From: Octopus sinensis
Lineage: Eukaryota
Assembly (NCBI RefSeq): GCF_006345805.1
Contig: NC_042999.1
Span: 82,708,001-82,772,000 of the forward strand
DNA: 64,000 nt
Direction of reading: 5' to 3'
Made by a program: the position numbers and the translations under genes. The notes beneath the pieces are model-generated. The model was not told where the DNA came from. It made no database searches and saw only the letters and a program-made list of their open reading frames with translations. Each line of letters starts with the position of its first letter. The first letter of the stretch is position 1. This document shows positions 28,469-41,519 of this stretch, in pieces.

Positions 28469-28874
28469 GGCGCAGGAGTGGCTGTGTGATAAGTAGTTTG
28501 TTTACCAACCACATGATTCCGGGTTCAGTCCCACTGCGTGGCACCTCGGGCAAGTGACTTCTACTATAGCCTCGGGCCGACCAAAGCCTTGTGAGTGGAT
28601 TTGGTAGACGGAAACTGAAAGAAGCCCGTCGTATATATGTATATATATGTGTGTATGTGTGTGTTCGTGTGTCTGTGTTTGTCCCCCTAGCATTGCTTGA
28701 AAACCGATGCTGGTGTATTTATGTCCCCGTTACTTAGCGGTTCGGCAAAAGAGACCGATAAAATAAGTACTGGGCTTACAAAAGAATAAGCCCCGGGGTC
28801 GAGTTGCTCGATTAAAGGCGGTGCTCCAGCATGGCCGCAGTCAAATGACTGAAACAAGTAAAAGAGTAAAAGAG
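28469..28874 (+). mobile_element. SINE family C, full-length reference copy
   Basis: tRNA-like head GGCGCAGGAGTGGCTGTG..GGTTCAGTCCCAC, internal (TA)n(TG)n tract, tail GACTGAAACAAGTAAAAGAGTAAAAGAG. Confidence 0.95.
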
Positions 28875-29000
28875 TATATGCTTGAATGCTTATATAGATA
28901 GGACAGGTAGATAGAGGATGGAGATACAGGTAACTGAAATATAATTATATATACTTATGTGATGCATACACATATATACGTACTAGGATACACATATATA

Positions 29001-29033
<33 letters not shown>

Positions 29034-29090
29034 AATATAAAAATATACAAAATCTAAATTAATGTTCACACACATATACATACATATATA

Positions 29091-29299
29091 GCTGTAGAAA
29101 TGAGTTGCGACGTCACTGGTGCCAAGCTGTATCGACCTTTGTCTTTTCCTTGGATAACACTGGTGGCGTGGAGAGGGGAGGCTGGTATGCATGGGCGACT
29201 GCTGGTCTTCCATAAACAACCGTGCCCGGACTTGTGTCTAGGAGGGTAACTTTCTAGGTGCAATCCCATGGTCATTCATGACCGAAGGGGGTCTTTACC

Positions 29300-29303
<4 letters not shown>
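29091..29303 (+). mobile_element. SINE family D, 3' part
   Basis: GCTGTAGAAATGAGTTG.GACGTCA...GGTCATTCATGACCGAAGG matches 45054-45357. Confidence 0.85.
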
Positions 29304-29330
<27 letters not shown>

Positions 29331-29373
29331 GATATATATATATATATATAATATATATATTATATATATATAG

Positions 29374-29407
<34 letters not shown>

Positions 29408-29673
29408 ATGTATGTATGTATGTATGTATGTATGTATGTATATATATGTATATTATACGACGGGTTCCGAATAGATTCCTTCCGCTAAATTTACTCCCAA
29501 GCTATTGTTCGCTTTGGCTTTACTAGAAGACACTTACCGAAGGTGCTGTGCCGTAGCATTGCACAGAAACCGTTAGGGTTTTCTTACCCATATAGCCAAG
29601 AATATGCTTCAGAATATGATATAAAAACAAATATATACTTACGTATATCTACATACATACAGACATATACACA

Positions 29674-30041
29674 CACGAGAGTTAAGGCATGGAACAGATA
29701 AGATCCGAGCTACATTTGTTTCATAGCGAGCAGAACCTTAGAAGTGGTAAATATCCAAGCGAAGTGTATACAGCAGGCTACATTTCAGGCCAAGAATATT
29801 TTATAAGGAGGTACATGGTAACCAATGGAAGATTCAATCACAATTAATTCTAATTGAATCTTCCATGTGTTAACATGTACCTCATTGCGACAATGTAAAC
29901 TTTCATCTAATCAAGATAACCTTGGCCTGAAGAGTAGCCTGTCGTATACACCTCGCTTGGATATTTACCACTTCTGAGGCACCGCTCGCTATGAAACAAA
30001 TGTAGCCCGGATTTTATCTACTTCATTTCTTAACTCACGTA
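29674..30041. mobile_element. Palindromic MITE (about 370 bp, almost entirely inverted repeat)
   Basis: Outer arms (GCTACATTTGTTTCATAGCGAGC..AGAAGTGGTAAATATCCAAGCGA) and inner arms (GAGGTACATG..ATGGAAGATTCAAT) are reverse complements around a 14-nt loop at 29839-29852. Confidence 0.9.
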
Positions 30042-30249
30042 TTCTTATTCCCAGATCCGGCAACCCTGGTCGCCTACCGTGAAATATACAAAGAACTTTT
30101 TCATTTCATCGTACTTCGATACGAAAAAAATCCACAACCTTCCTTCTCAATAAGCCACTATTGTCCCTGAAAGTTGAAGCTAACTTTTTTCCAAGAACTC
30201 TATCCCTGGATATTATATATATATATATGTATGTATATATATAAATGTA

Positions 30250-30311
<62 letters not shown>

Positions 30312-31600
30312 TAAATAAATATATACGTATATAAACATATATATATACACAGTTCCGGATGTATGTATGTGCATGTTTATCCGAACTGAACAAACACTTA
30401 GTAGCTCGGAAATATAACTTTTGTTTACCTTACACGTGAATAAATATCCATCAGACATTACATGTTTTTAATATAATGTTGTTGCATGAAGCACTTTCAC
30501 GGTCATTGACTTTATTACAGCACTCAACTTTTTCTGCCATTCCACTCTCAAAACACATTTAGCAATATAATAATTATTAGCACTGACTTAACGATTCACT
30601 GTAGAATCGATAGAGCTGGGGTTGATTAGCAAATTTTTGAAGTGTTTATTTTAGTCTTTTTATGTTCTGTGTTCATATATACTAAAAGGTGCAGTCGTCT
30701 TTCATTTTCCCGAATTCAATAATATACGATTGGTGTGTAAGTACTGGAGCTGTCATTACCATCTGGTTGGCAGAGCCACCTAAAATGTGAGGTTTTCTGC
30801 TTTGTTTAGGAGTCAGCATTCCAAACCATCACAAGGACAAATCTTTTTTTCGGTGTTCTGGTTTGTATACACTGAGAGCTATGCCAACGGTGTACAAGTT
30901 CTTCGTCGCGCTTTTCTTGCTGAATAGGTCAAACGGTAAAGACAAAACGAAAACTGACACTTTCTCTCGGTGGTAGAAATGGATTTACTCAGGGCCAGCA
31001 CACCTACATACGAAAAAGCAGTTTCAAAAGTATCGAAGATAATTCAGAACCAATATGATCTGATAAAGACTATACCGCTTCTGAAAGCCCATGTCGAGAA
31101 TAGTGGAGAAAGTCGTTGATGGATTATGCTCTATAGGAAGTAACAAATCTAAGAATCAGAGAGTGGATAAAATAATGATAGTAACAGTAACGGACTATAT
31201 ACATTGAGCTTTTTATGTTGGTCCTTTTACCTTCATACTCCAACTCACGTCGGAGTAAAATTTGATTCTTCATTATTCCAAGATTTCTCATATAAGTACT
31301 AATAAATGCTAGACCAATGTGCACAGCCTCTGTCATTTTAATCCCTTAAAAATGTCTGGCTTGGTGGATCTGTTATAAGAAATTCGTTGTCCTTCTCTAC
31401 AGAACTCTGTTACATATATGTATACCCCCACCTATATTGCTTCTTCTTTTTTCATTAATCCAATTCTGTGCCAGCTGCAGGCACATATAGTTTTGTAACC
31501 TGTCTTATTAATACCTCTTCAACCGTCGCATTTGTGGCACTAAATGACATTTTCATTATTTAACAGATCGTTAGAGCGTCGGATAATATAATACTCTGCG

Positions 31601-31816
31601 GTAAGGCGACGAGCTGGCAGAAAAGCTAGCACGCCGTGCGAAATACTTAGCGGTATTTCGTCTGTCTTTACGTTCTGAGTTCAAATTCCGCCGAGGTCGA
31701 CTTTGCCGTTCATCCTTTCGAGGTCGATAAGTTAAGTACCAGTTGCATACTGGGGTCGATGTAATCGACTGCCCCCCTCCCCAAACATTTCGGGCTTTGT
31801 GCCTAAAGTAGAAAAG
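31601..31816 (+). mobile_element. SINE family A, full-length reference copy
   Basis: Complete head-core-tail flanked by a 16-bp TSD AATATAATACTCTGCG (31585-31600 and 31817-31832). Confidence 0.95.
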
Positions 31817-32329
31817 AATATAATACTCTGCGATATTTTTTCCTGTTCTTTACGTTCTGATCCTTTCACAATGTCGATAAAATACAGAACCAGTATAGTG
31901 ATAGATATAATCACTTACTCCCTACCTCAAAATTACTAAATTATATGTGTCTAAATTATAAATTATACTTAAATGACAACGGGCTGGCAGAATTATTAAA
32001 GCGCTTTGCGGTATTCGTTTCGGGTCTTAACGATTTGATCTCAAGTCCCAGTCACAAAGCCGTTCATTCATAGAATTATAGAGAAGCAGAAAAATAGATC
32101 AAGTGATACAGCAGCAAATACAAAATACCTCACACCAATCTAGGACACTGAAACGTACTGAGAGGTAATATTTATTCTCACTTAAACGTGAATGCTCTGT
32201 TAGAACAAACTATACGGCTGTAGATATCATGAGAGAAACTCCCTTCTTGGCTTTTAGTGCAAAATACATTCTTGTTTATCAGAAATAGCGGTGAGATAAA
32301 CCCCTGCCATCACCAGTGCCGAGACCACT

Positions 32330-33278
32330 GGATCACGAGATTTCGACCTCGTTTTGTCTCACCAATGATGGATGCTCGACTGCTAGAAACAGCAGCGACT
32401 CATCTCCCCTTTAGCGATATATAGAAAAACAATGCCAGAACAGGTACTCGACACATTAGAGGTGAGATTTCTAACCGAAGATGAGGCTAGGAAGTACTCC
32501 ACAACAACCTTAAGGAGTGACGAACTGGTCCCCTTACTATAACTTTGGCCGAAGAGTTGCAACAGTAAAGGTGGTTGATGTTCCCCCAGAAGAAAACATC
32601 TGCTGGTTGGTGATGGCAATCTCCTTCGATAAGTAGAACAAAAGCTAATATACTGCAGGTCCAGAGGCTACTGAAAAAAATTGATCTGATCAAGCAATTA
32701 ATCCAGAATTATCAAGAAAATATGCAAGCCATCCCGGACCAGTTCACTATATTGTAGCTCACAACTGTTCGTAGCCGTTGAGGGCAGAAAGATAGGGTGT
32801 CATTTGTATAGTAACACAGACCATCAAAAAGCTTTCCGTTCACAACAAAAAATGCGAGAAGAGAGATCCCACTGTTGATGACATCATCACAGTATCAACA
32901 ACGTTAACTGTAAAAACAATAGCGACACCTAACGGTGGCGTGTGGCCACAGAAAAACACCACCAACAACGGAAGCAGTAGCAACAAAAGAAACAACAGAA
33001 ACACCGTCTTCAAGAAGCACCATATCACAAACAACAACAGCAACTGAAAGCCTCCAAATACTGTAGAAAAAGAAGACTGTGAGATCCAATACATACCTCT
33101 CCCCACTTAGAACCACTCAGGTATGTCGTGAGGTGAAGATGATGGAGGGAAGAAATCAAATGGGACAAAGTAATGTACAATAAAAAAAAAGGTGGGAATA
33201 CGCCAAAAGAATAGCTGGTGGGGTTCAAACGGAAGGAAGAAATATCTCAAAACAATGAAACAACGCCAATACAACCAA

Positions 33279-33316
<38 letters not shown>

Positions 33317-33730
33317 CCATCATCAGATTCACCGACACCATCACCACAATCAACACTCTCACAATCTCTATCACCACAAGCACAACCCAGATCACAAAAC
33401 CCGGCACAACACAATCCGCATCCAAAAAATAGGAACAAGACTTGCAAAGAAACATTATAGACTACATGGTAACAAATACAAGTAGCAAAGAATTAATGAA
33501 ATACATACATCAACACACAAACATTACGCAAAACGACTCCATACCAATGCTTATTAAAATCGTTTAAACATGAAATTACGGAATTAAAAACAGAAAAGGT
33601 ATTGTAAAAGACACAGAAAGCAATTGAAGAAGAGAGTCATAGTAAATGAACCAGACAGATACGAAGAAAATATGGAATAGCTGTATTACAAATTTCAGGT
33701 ACCAACACCGTTACAGGTTCTTGAACCCGC
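32330..33730 (+). pseudogene. Decayed L1/Tx1-like LINE ORF1 (gag-like) remnant
   Basis: Frame-broken peptides LDTLEVRFLTEDEARKYS, GRRVATVKVVDVPPE..WLVMAI and VAVEGRKIGCHLYSNTDH (eroded CCHC knuckle) resemble, from recall, cephalopod L1/Tx1 ORF1 proteins. No alignment was run. Confidence 0.5.
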
Positions 33731-34371
33731 ACGTACAAGTGTAAGAAAAAAGAACACAGAGTTCCTACAAATAGACGCCAAAAAGAAAATAATATTAAAT
33801 TGGAAAAAATAAACGTTAAAAAGGGAGGAAAGATAAATACAGTAAAATAAAATTTCCCAAGAGAAAAAAAAAACTAAAAGGAGAGATGTGGTAGTGAAGA
33901 TGGTATTCACTTTCCGACTCGACAAAGTGGTATGTCAGCCCCACTATAGAGTCAGACAGTCAGTCGTTGTAGAAGGTCAGTAGTAGTACAGTGGTTGTAT
34001 GACTTCTCAGTTGGAGTCTGTGTCAGTTACGTGATATATAGGAGTTCGAGTTACCGTCAAGGTAGATGTTTCAAAGTCGGCTTGCGGAGCGATCAGCGAT
34101 GGTACGATAGACGAGTCAAAGAAAATAAGACGCGGAATACCGCCAAAACATAATAGCGGCGGCAGGAATATTACAATGACGACAATAACATACATATATA
34201 TATATATAGATAGATAGATAGATAGATAGATACATACATACATACATACTACATACATACATACATACATACATACATACATACATACATACACATGTAT
34301 ACACGTATATGTATACGTGTATGTATATATATGCATACACACACACATACATATATATATATTTCTCCTAT

Positions 34372-34406
34372 GTTTCCGACGAAGAGCTCCGCTCGAAACG
34401 TCAAAT
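34372..34406 (+). ncRNA. Minimal type I hammerhead-like motif, core CCGACGA
   Basis: GTTT-CCGACGA-A-GAGC-tcc-GCTC-GAA-ACGT-C-AAAT, within a short repeat (about 34360-34505). Confidence 0.55.
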
Positions 34407-34502
34407 CCTCCTTCTTCCCTTCTTTCCTGAGCGTCCAATAATACCTTATTTGTTCCACATCCTTGCGTTGTTGTCTTTTTGTTTTCTCGTTTTGATTAAC
34501 TT

Positions 34503-34534
<32 letters not shown>

Positions 34535-34538
34535 ATAT

Positions 34539-34609
<71 letters not shown>

Positions 34610-34790
34610 GTTTACATTTACAGAAAAATAAGAGACGAAGACAGGTGTGGAAACAACAAGCAGCTGTATCAGTTTGACGCTCGGGAAGGTGAGAAAGTCT
34701 TTTACGTTTCGAGCCTACGCTCTTCAACAGAAAGGAATACGAGGAAATAACAGAGAGAAAGTTTAAAAAAAAACTTGTGGAGTTAGCTGT
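34610..34790 (-). mobile_element. PLE pLTR-like short repeat with hammerhead-like motif (34699-34734)
   Basis: Minus: CTTT-CTGTTGA-A-GAGC-gtag-GCTC-GAA-ACGT-A-AAAG. Homologous to 35270-35462, 46125-46320 and 51853-52045. Confidence 0.75.
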
Positions 34791-35021
34791 CAATATGTAT
34801 GCATATATACATACATACATACATACATACATACATACGTAAGCCCACTCCAACCCCTACACGTTCCAACCCCACCTTCCCTATCCTTCCCATCCCATGT
34901 CACCCCATCCCCTTACACCCACACACCCACATACCCCACCTTTATCCCTACCCTTGCTTTCCCCAGCCCCGCCTCCCCACCTCCCAATGTGATGTGATGT
35001 GATGTGTTGTGTAGGGTGATG

Positions 35022-35462
35022 ACCCTACACAACACATCACATCACGAGACACGACCACGCACACAACAGAACTGACCACTTCATAGACCCACATTTTTAC
35101 ACCTACACTTACTCACACACGTCAAGATCACCAGCCCTCTTCCACACGCACATACGAACTCTCTTATACAAACGCACGCGCACCTTCGTTTTGGGATCAC
35201 CACCACTTTGTTATCTCCCCTTCTCCTTAGCTCTCCTATGTGACCCTTCTGTCCGGCCTTCGCCATGATAGATCGCTAGCCACTACACATTCTTTATTTT
35301 CTCTCCTTGTTTCTTTCTGTGTTCCTTTCTGTGGAAGAGCGTAGGCTCGAAACGTTAAAGACTTTTTCACTTCGCAAGCGTTATACTAGTTACAAATATA
35401 TTATTTGTTGTCTACACCAACTGTCTTCGTCTTTTGTTGGCTTTTCTGGTGAATTCTCCCCC
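35022..35462 (+). mobile_element. PLE pLTR-like repeat with body and degenerate hammerhead-like motif (35325-35360, core CTGTGGA)
   Basis: Body TTTTGGGATCACCAC..GATCGCTAGC is shared with 46010-46145, followed by the motif and a common tail. Confidence 0.7.
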
Positions 35463-35839
35463 TACATGCATACAGACATACATGCATACATATATATATG
35501 TGTACAGGTGAGGAAGAGAGAGAGAGAAAAAAAAGAGAGCGGGAGGAAAAAAGGCTAGCTGACAAAACCTACTCAGTCTACTCATATAACATTCAAAAAC
35601 GTACACGGTTAAGAAATGGTGTGGAAAAGTCTGGGATACAAATGAAAAAGGTTCCTGTGAATAGACATACAAAAGGAAAGAAGGTGAGGGTGAAGGTGAA
35701 GGTGAAAGTGAAAGAAAGAAAGAGCATGAGAGACTCAACAAAATAGATATGCAAGTTGAAATGAAAAGCGAAAAAGGTAACTAATTGAAGGTAAATAGGT
35801 TAAGGAACGAGTTTGTAAAAAGATAGGTGTGTTGATATG

Positions 35840-36325
<486 letters not shown>

Positions 36326-36496
36326 TGCAAATCACAATGCAGGAATGTAAGAGGGAAGCAACAACAGAAAATAAAATAGAACGCACAGCTAAGAAATGCT
36401 CGTTGAAAAAGAGAAAGGAACGAGAGAGAAAAAAATGATTTTCAAAGAAACCCCTGCCAAAAAAATGTATGAAACGCATAAAACGAAAATTATGAT

Positions 36497-36497
<1 letters not shown>

Positions 36498-36546
<49 letters not shown>

Positions 36547-36625
36547 GAAGGAAGGAAGAAAGAAAGAAAGAAAGAAAGAAGGAGAGCAAGAAAGAGGGAA
36601 AGAAGGAAAGAGAGAAAGAAAGAAA
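36498..36625. repeat. (GAAA)n/(GGAA)n purine tract
   Basis: Direct tandem runs. Confidence 0.9.
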
Positions 36626-37072
36626 GAATGGGTTGAATATTTCATAGCTAAGCAAGTTTTCATGTAGTTTTGAGACAGGTAAAAAAAGATTGAGGGCAAA
36701 TCAACAAGGTAACGAAAACATCGTCCGTTTTTTAGGTCATTGTGGGCTGGGGTTGCTAAGAGTCTTAAAGGTTGATGGAAGAAGGGGTGATGAGAGGAGA
36801 CACCACAAGGGAGGGAGGGAGGGTTGTATGAGGTGTTTGTTGCAAAACGAGGAGGGAGGAGAGTGGTAGGGTGAGAGGGGGGTAGAGTGGACAAACAATA
36901 AAGTATGAAACCATAACCTGTTTGTAGGACACGGTGGGGATACAGAGATAAATACTCTGTGTGTGTGCGCGTGTGTGTGTGTGAAGTGTCTATTTCTATG
37001 TATACTTATGTTCACATATATATGCACACACACACATAAATATATGTAAAGAAAAGCAAAAAGATATGCATA

Positions 37073-37103
<31 letters not shown>

Positions 37104-37297
37104 TGCCAGATATACATGTGTGTGTGTATGTATATAAGAGAGAGAGACAGAGACAGAGTAAATATATATTTATATATGTGTATATTATACATTAATACAT
37201 ACATATATGGAAGCACGCACACATACACACACATCTACATACACTTATACATATATTAAAGCAACTAGGCATACTGATGCATACAACAGTTATAGTT

Positions 37298-37515
37298 GGT
37301 GGCGGCGGTGCTGGCGGTGGTGGTGGTGCTGGCGGCGGCGACGGCGGCGGTGGTGGTGGTGGTGGTGGTGATGGTGGTGGTGGTGGTGGTGGTGATGGTG
37401 GTAGTGGTGGTAGTGGTGGTGGTGGTGGTGGTGGTGGTGGTGGTGGTGGCGGTGGTGGCGGTGGCGGCGGCGGTGGTGGTAGTGGTGGTGGTGGTGGTGG
37501 TGGTGGTGGTGGTGT
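37298..37515. repeat. (GGT)n/(GGC)n trinucleotide repeat
   Basis: About 215 bp of interrupted GGT/GGC. Confidence 0.95.
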
Positions 37516-38479
37516 TGACGGCGTTTATGGCCTGCGGATAATGGCTTCAGTGTGAAAGGTTATAGTGATACCTACAAGTAGCATGTGAGAGATAGAAGGG
37601 ATGTATTTGCATGTGTCAAGGACTACAAGGGTGTGGTGACAAAAGAAATATATATATAGGCATCAGTCTATAATTATATATGCATATATATGTGCGCGCG
37701 CGTGTACGAGTGCGTGTATGTTTGGTCTGTATATTCATGCATTTAAAGACGCATATATATGTGTGTGTATATGTGCATGGTGCATCTTATGTGTGCAGTT
37801 AGATACACGGCTGTAGCTCTTTGGTTCAGAGCTCCATGCAGATTATCATCATCGAGACTGCTTCTCGTATAATGGTTAGGTTACTACTAATACTTTGTAG
37901 CTTTCTTGGTTATGATATACAGAGTAAATATAGGAGACATTTGTTCCTTAGTACGCTTCAACAGTTCAGTTTGCTTCGAATCTCAGCCTTTAAAGGCCCT
38001 AGTACAACTGAATGCTTAACCTGAACGGATCATCAGAGAAAATCTTTACCGCATTCTGTTACAGAGAACAAGTATGCGTGAGTGTGTACATATATATATA
38101 TACACACACGCGCGCATACATATCTATCTCTCTATATCTTATATATAAATGGCAATTTCTGTCTGTCTGTCACCATCTTGCTGCCCAAACCAGGGAATCA
38201 ACCTGCACCAAACTTTGTATACATGTTGATCTAACATCCAGTTCAATTATAGGCTAATTGGATTTAAATAAAAATCGATAATGGACCGATTACGCGGGTT
38301 AGACTATTGCATGATAAAATGAGAGGGGTGCAAAAGTGTTAGGTTCGGGAAAATGTGGCTTAATGAGGCTGGCTGATATCAGGGAGAGGGAGGAGACAGG
38401 AAGAGGCTAACACACAGAGAATGTGAGAGACAGACAGAGAGAACGACAGACATCTTCCATACATATAAAAGAGTTATTA

Positions 38480-40060
<1,581 letters not shown>

Positions 40061-40249
40061 TAATTTTACGGAAATTAACGAACAGTTATATGATCCCGTA
40101 TCATCGATCATGTGATCGTGCACACAACTTTCCTGCTTCAAACGAAAGAATGACATAAAATAACTTCCTTTGGCGCGCGCGCGCACAGAAACACACACAC
40201 ACATATACTCCATTAATTAATTTCTCGTTCGTATGGCGCGAATTAGAAC

Positions 40250-40624
40250 ACCTCTCTCTTGTTTTGCAAGCGTAGGCGAAAAATAATTCTTTGTGGTCAC
40301 GTGACTGTTTAAACCGTACGTGATATGATTTTGGTGCGCTTTTTACGGTGTAGACGAACCCTAAAGCCTACTATTGCCTACGTGGTCAGTTAGTCTGGAC
40401 TTAGAAGCGAGGTGCGTCGGTTGACGTACGTGAGTGGTTTGTGTGAATAGTTGATACGGCAGACGGTGCCAGGCAGTCGGTGCTATGCAGTCGATGTGTG
40501 AGATGATGCCGGGCAATTTCGTGTGAAACAGTTGACAGAGTATGGAGTTGGTTTCAGCGGTTAATGCGAACAGTGGACGGTTTTGAGCTAGCTGCGAAAA
40601 TAGTGAGAACTTGAGAACGTAAGT
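40250..40624 (+). promoter_or_regulatory. Candidate CpG-rich promoter / non-coding first exon
   Basis: Non-repetitive CpG-rich island, palindromic GTCACGTGAC (40296-40305), ending at a consensus donor AC|GTAAGT (40619). No transcript evidence. Confidence 0.35.
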
Positions 40625-40695
40625 CTAATTATTCCATTAATGTTTATTGGCCTCTCAATTAAAGTTCTTTTATTTTTGTTATACTCAACGGTTTT

Positions 40696-41012
40696 ACAGT
40701 TCTATATTTAAGAGATGAGGAATTATGTACATTATTTACATTATTTACATTCGACAGATATTTGTTCTCATCTTGTTTGTAGTAAACATAACGTTACGGC
40801 TGATATACCCTCCAGCCTTCATCAGGTGTCTTGGGGAAATTTCGAACCTGGGTTTCCATACCTAAGGTATTTTTCGATGCTGTTATTATTATTATTGCTC
40901 GGGTCAGTGCTTGGAATCGAACTCGAAATCTTGGGGCTAGTAGCCGGCGCTCTTAGCCACTATGCCATATTCCCGTGGGCATATGACAAATATCTGTCGA
41001 ATGTAAATAATG
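40696..41012 (-). mobile_element. tRNA-headed, hammerhead-bearing short retroelement (family E)
   Basis: Minus: A box TGGCATAGTGG, B box GAGTTCGATTCC, (AAT)n, hammerhead-like motif 40786-40829, tail. 14-bp TSD TACTCAACGGTTTT (40682-40695 and 41013-41026). 29-bp inverted copy of the tail at 40986-41014. Confidence 0.85.
40786..40829 (-). ncRNA. Type I hammerhead-like motif (GAA mutated to GTA)
   Basis: Minus: ACAC-CTGATGA-A-GGCTG-gagggtatat-CAGCC-GTA-ACGT-T-ATGT. Confidence 0.5.
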
Positions 41013-41446
41013 TACTCAACGGTTTTGTTTGTTATTTTCAACTCTTCTGGCTTATTTGACTACTGCTTCTTCCGCTCTAAGCAAAATGATTTGCTGAGCT
41101 CGCCCGCGTGGTCTTCTGAGCTATTGGATACAGACTGTTGAAGCCTATTGATGTGAACAGAAGGTTCCGTGCGGTGTAACAATATGTTATTATTATTATC
41201 AAAATGACACTGGGGTAAAATATATGAAGCCCAGTATACCTGTCATGACTACCCATCTGATAAGGGTATACGAGGTACGTGCATCACAACCATATGTGCG
41301 CGACATGGTAATCTCATATCAAGATAAGCAGCGCATGACCTTGCAGGCGGGGCCCAATTAAAATTTTCTTCAGGTCGAGTAGCCACTCAAAGGTCCTTCA
41401 ATAGATATATGTGTGTGTGTAGAGAGAGACAGACAGAGAGAGGTGG

Positions 41447-41519
<73 letters not shown>

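Noticed and set aside
37277-37555. Glycine-rich 92-aa ORF
   Set aside because: Entirely explained by the (GGT)n tract; no flanking exon or homology evidence.
38130-38310. Helitron/DINE-like start (TCTTATATATAAA then (CTGT)n)
   Set aside because: No 3' hairpin plus CTRR end and no second copy in the window.
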